NCBI GenBank assembly: GCA_963662585.1
Contig: OY759729.1
Span: forward strand, 768,001 to 832,000
Reading direction: 5' to 3'
DNA from: Candidatus Cloacimonadales bacterium
GTDB lineage: Bacteria; Cloacimonadota; Cloacimonadia; Cloacimonadales; JAFGVF01
Length of the DNA stretch: 64,000 nucleotides
Shown here: positions 61,801 to 64,000 of the stretch, one piece after another
How the letters are laid out: each line of letters begins with the position of its first letter
How positions within the stretch are numbered: position 1 is the stretch's first letter
Notes under the pieces: model-generated
Told to the model about the DNA's origin: nothing
Seen by the model: only the letters and a program-made list of their open reading frames with translations
Databases searched by the model: none
Made by a program: the position numbers and the translations under genes

Positions 61801-62609
61801 ATTAAAGTGTAGTTTACCGGAGTCTCCATATTGATATAAACAAACTTATTAATAATGGATTCTCTCTGATCAAAAGTTATAGTACTAATACCTTTATTAA
61901 GAATCTCAACTAATGAAGGTTCAGATTTAATAACTCCCATTCTAATATGATTAGCGTATCCAGGAACTACATTATTTATCTTTAAATCGATAAATCCTTC
62001 TTTTCTAATAAGATAAGCAGTCATTAACTGAGATCTAATGGTAAAATCAGCCTCACCATTAGAAATTTTTTTAAGACAATCTAACTCAGTGTCTGCATAT
62101 ATTATTTTAAGTTTTTTGAAATCTCTTCTCGCCCACTCATCAACCATAGTATTAGCAATTGTTACTAGAGTTTTATTTTCTAGTTTTGCAACATCTGTTA
62201 TTTGCGGAAAATCCAATTTTGTTATTGCGACATTGGGTTCAACCATTATGGGATCTGTGAAATATAGCCATTCTTCACGATACTCTGTTTTATTTAAGGC
62301 AGGAATAAGAGTAATATCACCTCTTTGCGATTTATCTATTGTCTCAGTCCAATCTCTAGTAGGAATTCTTTCAAATTTAATATTTAGTCTATCTTCTAAG
62401 AGAATTAATATCTCTGGTATTATGCCTGAATAATTACCATTGTTGTCTACAAATTCTAAAGGATACCAATCTGGATCAACCCCCATCTTGATTGGGCCTA
62501 ATTTGTTCAGGTATTCTCTTTCGGCATTCGTTAGTTCGACCTCGACACTATTCAGTGTAAACACTGTTAAATTTATAATTATCACTAGTAGTGCAATGAT
62601 ATACTTCAT
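58821..62609 (-). CDS. Hybrid sensor histidine kinase/response regulator (periplasmic binding domain, 2 PAS, GAF, HisKA, HATPase, 2 REC)
   Basis: GVDPDWYPLEF, FLANMSHEIRTPLNG, NLLNNAIKFT, GGTGLGL, FDYSMPGMDG, MDVQMPLMDG. Confidence 0.95.
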   Translation of the reverse strand: MKYIIALLVIIINLTVFTLNSVEVELTNAEREYLNKLGPIKMGVDPDWYPLEFVDNNGNYSGIIPEILILLEDRLNIKFERIPTRDWTETIDKSQRGDITLIPALNKTEYREEWLYFTDPIMVEPNVAITKLDFPQITDVAKLENKTLVTIANTMVDEWARRDFKKLKIIYADTELDCLKKISNGEADFTIRSQLMTAYLIRKEGFIDLKINNVVPGYANHIRMGVIKSEPSLVEILNKGISTITFDQRESIINKFVYINMETPVNYTLIISITSIAVLLFLIFIYWIKKLKKLNSLIKLGEEKQRAIIQAIPDGLIIGDLNGKITYASKEAIKMWGYSQKSDVVGKNILGFIHPSLHQKALHEIKLMLEGTYSGFTEYKMVKKNGRLFYAEANAEVIKNSAGKAYAILIVSRDITEKKRSERKLKRAVDRYESIINQSRTINWEIDSSGKYTYVSSNVENVLGYKKSEIVGKKYFYDLFPEESREENKELGFKVMKDKTTISNIESRMVHKTGRMMWFLSSGLPKVNDLGQMVGFQGSDTDITLRKIAEIRVEFQNKYQRMVATISAEFIDVNLSNYQDKFRMMLAKLGELIRASHTYILEFTDNRDNLDYSYEWCNIKEVSEKKQIGKININGNPLIKEIVAEQDTLFISDMDDLTTDSKERSFFSKLNLKSVLWIPISRNNKFFGFLGFDSTSQKLILSEEDIELLKIISNIIGDVYIRNSIEIEKNKVQESLKEKTIQAQQANKAKSEFLANMSHEIRTPLNGVIGFTELLMNTELDSVQQQYAYHTNISGQALLGIINDILDFSKIEAGKLDLDLVETDIHELIIHTIDILKYHAEKKHIDLLLNIDPNLPSLIKTDPIRLKQVLINLLNNAIKFTPKGEVLLNIKFSAIDDKKGNILFSIKDTGIGISVSQKEKLFSAFSQADSSITRRYGGTGLGLTISNLLVEKMGSKIEVESTVGEGSNFYFTIETDYKISEENLISQKKLNKRILLVDDNENNRLIMERNISYWNIDYVSVSSGQEAIDTLEKDNTIDLAIFDYSMPGMDGLEAIKIIRERLRSYEQMPIILLLNSTLDEEISQLIPGLNIKHTLLKPIKAIELREYISNIFNSLDHKQGTLKLKVKSSDLSQKGAQKILIAEDVNINLVLIQNIINKLIPQAEITSVINGKEAVDKFSIENFDIILMDVQMPLMDGLQATKLIREKEKSKGMHTPIIALTAGATKEDTARCLVAGMDDYITKPIDQDRLVSLLEKYLENKK

Positions 62610-62724
62610 CTCTTTCCCCTAATCCTTGTTTATTAATCTCTGATAGAATTTACTCAATCAATAAAATACTGTGTATGGTATAATTCTGTCCATACTTTTT
62701 TTATAAAAATTGTTAGCTAGGAAT

Positions 62725-64000
62725 CTATTCCTTAAAAATGGCCTTAAGCTCAGGATTGTTAGGATCTAACTCTCTTGCTTTACGCCAGTTTCTGATAGCA
62801 AGATCCTGTTTTCCTTGCCGATAATAGATTGAACCTAATTTAATATAAGCTAAAGCCATATCTGGAGCAAGTTTAATTGCTTTACGACACTCTTCTGCTG
62901 CTGGTTCAAATTCACTATTATAGAAAAAGTTTGTAGCATTCATTATATGAATAAGTGCTTGGTTATTAGTTTTATAAGTTTCAATTTTAGTTTTAGCGAC
63001 ATTAAGCTCTTCAATCTTACGAATATAATCATCTTGAGATACACCGACTATAACTTCTAAAGTATCTATAACAAAAACTGTATCTCTAATTAACTTCTCT
63101 ACATATACAGTATCAATTAATATTTGAGGTTGAGCTTTTTCCAAATTTGCTCTTACTGGTACTTCCACAATTGAAGTTTCTATCTTTGGTTCAACATGAA
63201 TTTTTAAATCATCTTCCCAAGAGTTAGAGGATCCTAATTGGAAGCATAATCCTAAGAAATGGTTACCATAAGGTATCTCTAAATCAGAGAAAATAGGGTA
63301 ACTAAATCCATAATCAAGAGATAGTCTAAGACTTCTACTCTCAATCATTTTTTTGGAATTAAAAGGATTTCGGTAAGATTTAACATAATTCTTTTCTATT
63401 AACTTAAAACCAAAACCCATTGTAACATCCTTATTATTTAGTCCTGTTCTAATCGTTAAGCTTTCATGCGGACGATACTCAGTTCCACCAGCATAGAAGT
63501 ATTCATTCTCCTCTAAAGTCGAATTTTGAATTAGTTTTGAATCCAACATCACTGATATTTTAGGTGAGAAATGAAAATTTAAACCTACGCCAAATTCTCG
63601 ATTAAGTTTTTCCTCATTAGAAGATTCTAGAGCTAAATTAGTAGCGAGTATATTTTTAGCAACAAAAGCTACCCTAGCATCGTTATTTATATTAAAAGAG
63701 GCTCCTAAGTCAAAGTCAACTCCTGATTTTGAGTTTTCATTATCTATAAAAAGTGGATCATTTTGAGTAAACTCATTATTCTCATAGCCAACATTATAGT
63801 AATTTAGTCCAGCTCCAAAATTGAATTTATTACCAAACATAGATCTTCCCCAATGGAAACCTGCCCGTAACTCTTGATAAATATTTGCTGAGAATACATC
63901 AGCTGAAAATGCTGTTGTTCCTAATGATGCTAGAGGAAAACCAAAAGCAAAGTAGTTGAAACTTAAGTCATCATTTTCTAAATCATAAAGATAGATTCTA
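62725..64000 (-). CDS. PorP/PorV-like outer-membrane beta-barrel protein with C-terminal TPR, 5'-truncated by window edge
   Basis: Frame stays open from 63999 into the ORF-track start; amphipathic strands DFDLGASF, GTEY..TIRTG; TPR AIKLAPDMALAYIKLGSIYY..ARELDPNN. Confidence 0.65.
   Translation of the reverse strand, partial: RIYLYDLENDDLSFNYFAFGFPLASLGTTAFSADVFSANIYQELRAGFHWGRSMFGNKFNFGAGLNYYNVGYENNEFTQNDPLFIDNENSKSGVDFDLGASFNINNDARVAFVAKNILATNLALESSNEEKLNREFGVGLNFHFSPKISVMLDSKLIQNSTLEENEYFYAGGTEYRPHESLTIRTGLNNKDVTMGFGFKLIEKNYVKSYRNPFNSKKMIESRSLRLSLDYGFSYPIFSDLEIPYGNHFLGLCFQLGSSNSWEDDLKIHVEPKIETSIVEVPVRANLEKAQPQILIDTVYVEKLIRDTVFVIDTLEVIVGVSQDDYIRKIEELNVAKTKIETYKTNNQALIHIMNATNFFYNSEFEPAAEECRKAIKLAPDMALAYIKLGSIYYRQGKQDLAIRNWRKARELDPNNPELKAIFKE

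Noticed and set aside
1296..62622. Short antisense or nested ORFs in the track (e.g. 1296, 14156, 20608, 22167, 43303, 53182, 62038)
   Set aside because: Shadows of well-supported genes on the opposite strand or in another frame.

Overview
AT-rich bacterial chromosomal window, mostly minus-strand coded. The many secreted proteins ending in an NYPNPFNPxTxI C-terminal sorting tail and the gene content suggest an FCB-group anaerobe such as Cloacimonadota (inference). The core is kdsA-kdsC-lptC-lptA // lptB-rpoN-lpdA-lipA-hpf-hprK-ptsH-ptsI-pgi-DUF4954-DUF1232-rdgB-pgm. A ~14.6 kb accessory block splits it between lptA and lptB. That block holds a type 4 BREX locus (brxP-brxC-pglZ-brxL), an unusual upstream 2x RNAP-alphaCTD/sigma-region-4 protein, a DsrE-family gene and a truncated methyltransferase. 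Intergenic DNA is full of mosaic REP-like palindromes of several families. One family flanks, in inverted orientation, a tandemly duplicated DUF559 (Vsr-like) endonuclease gene and shows compensatory stem changes and conserved GNA triloops; this is the best candidate for an undescribed REPtron-like system. Also present: an IS1182 inserted in a REP hairpin, a 50-bp ABABABA tandem array, two paralogous ~1010-aa surface proteins, cohesin/dockerin proteins, dinB, feoB, sulP and a hybrid histidine kinase. No CRISPR array, rRNA or tRNA was recognised. All family assignments are from motifs read by eye; no searches were run.
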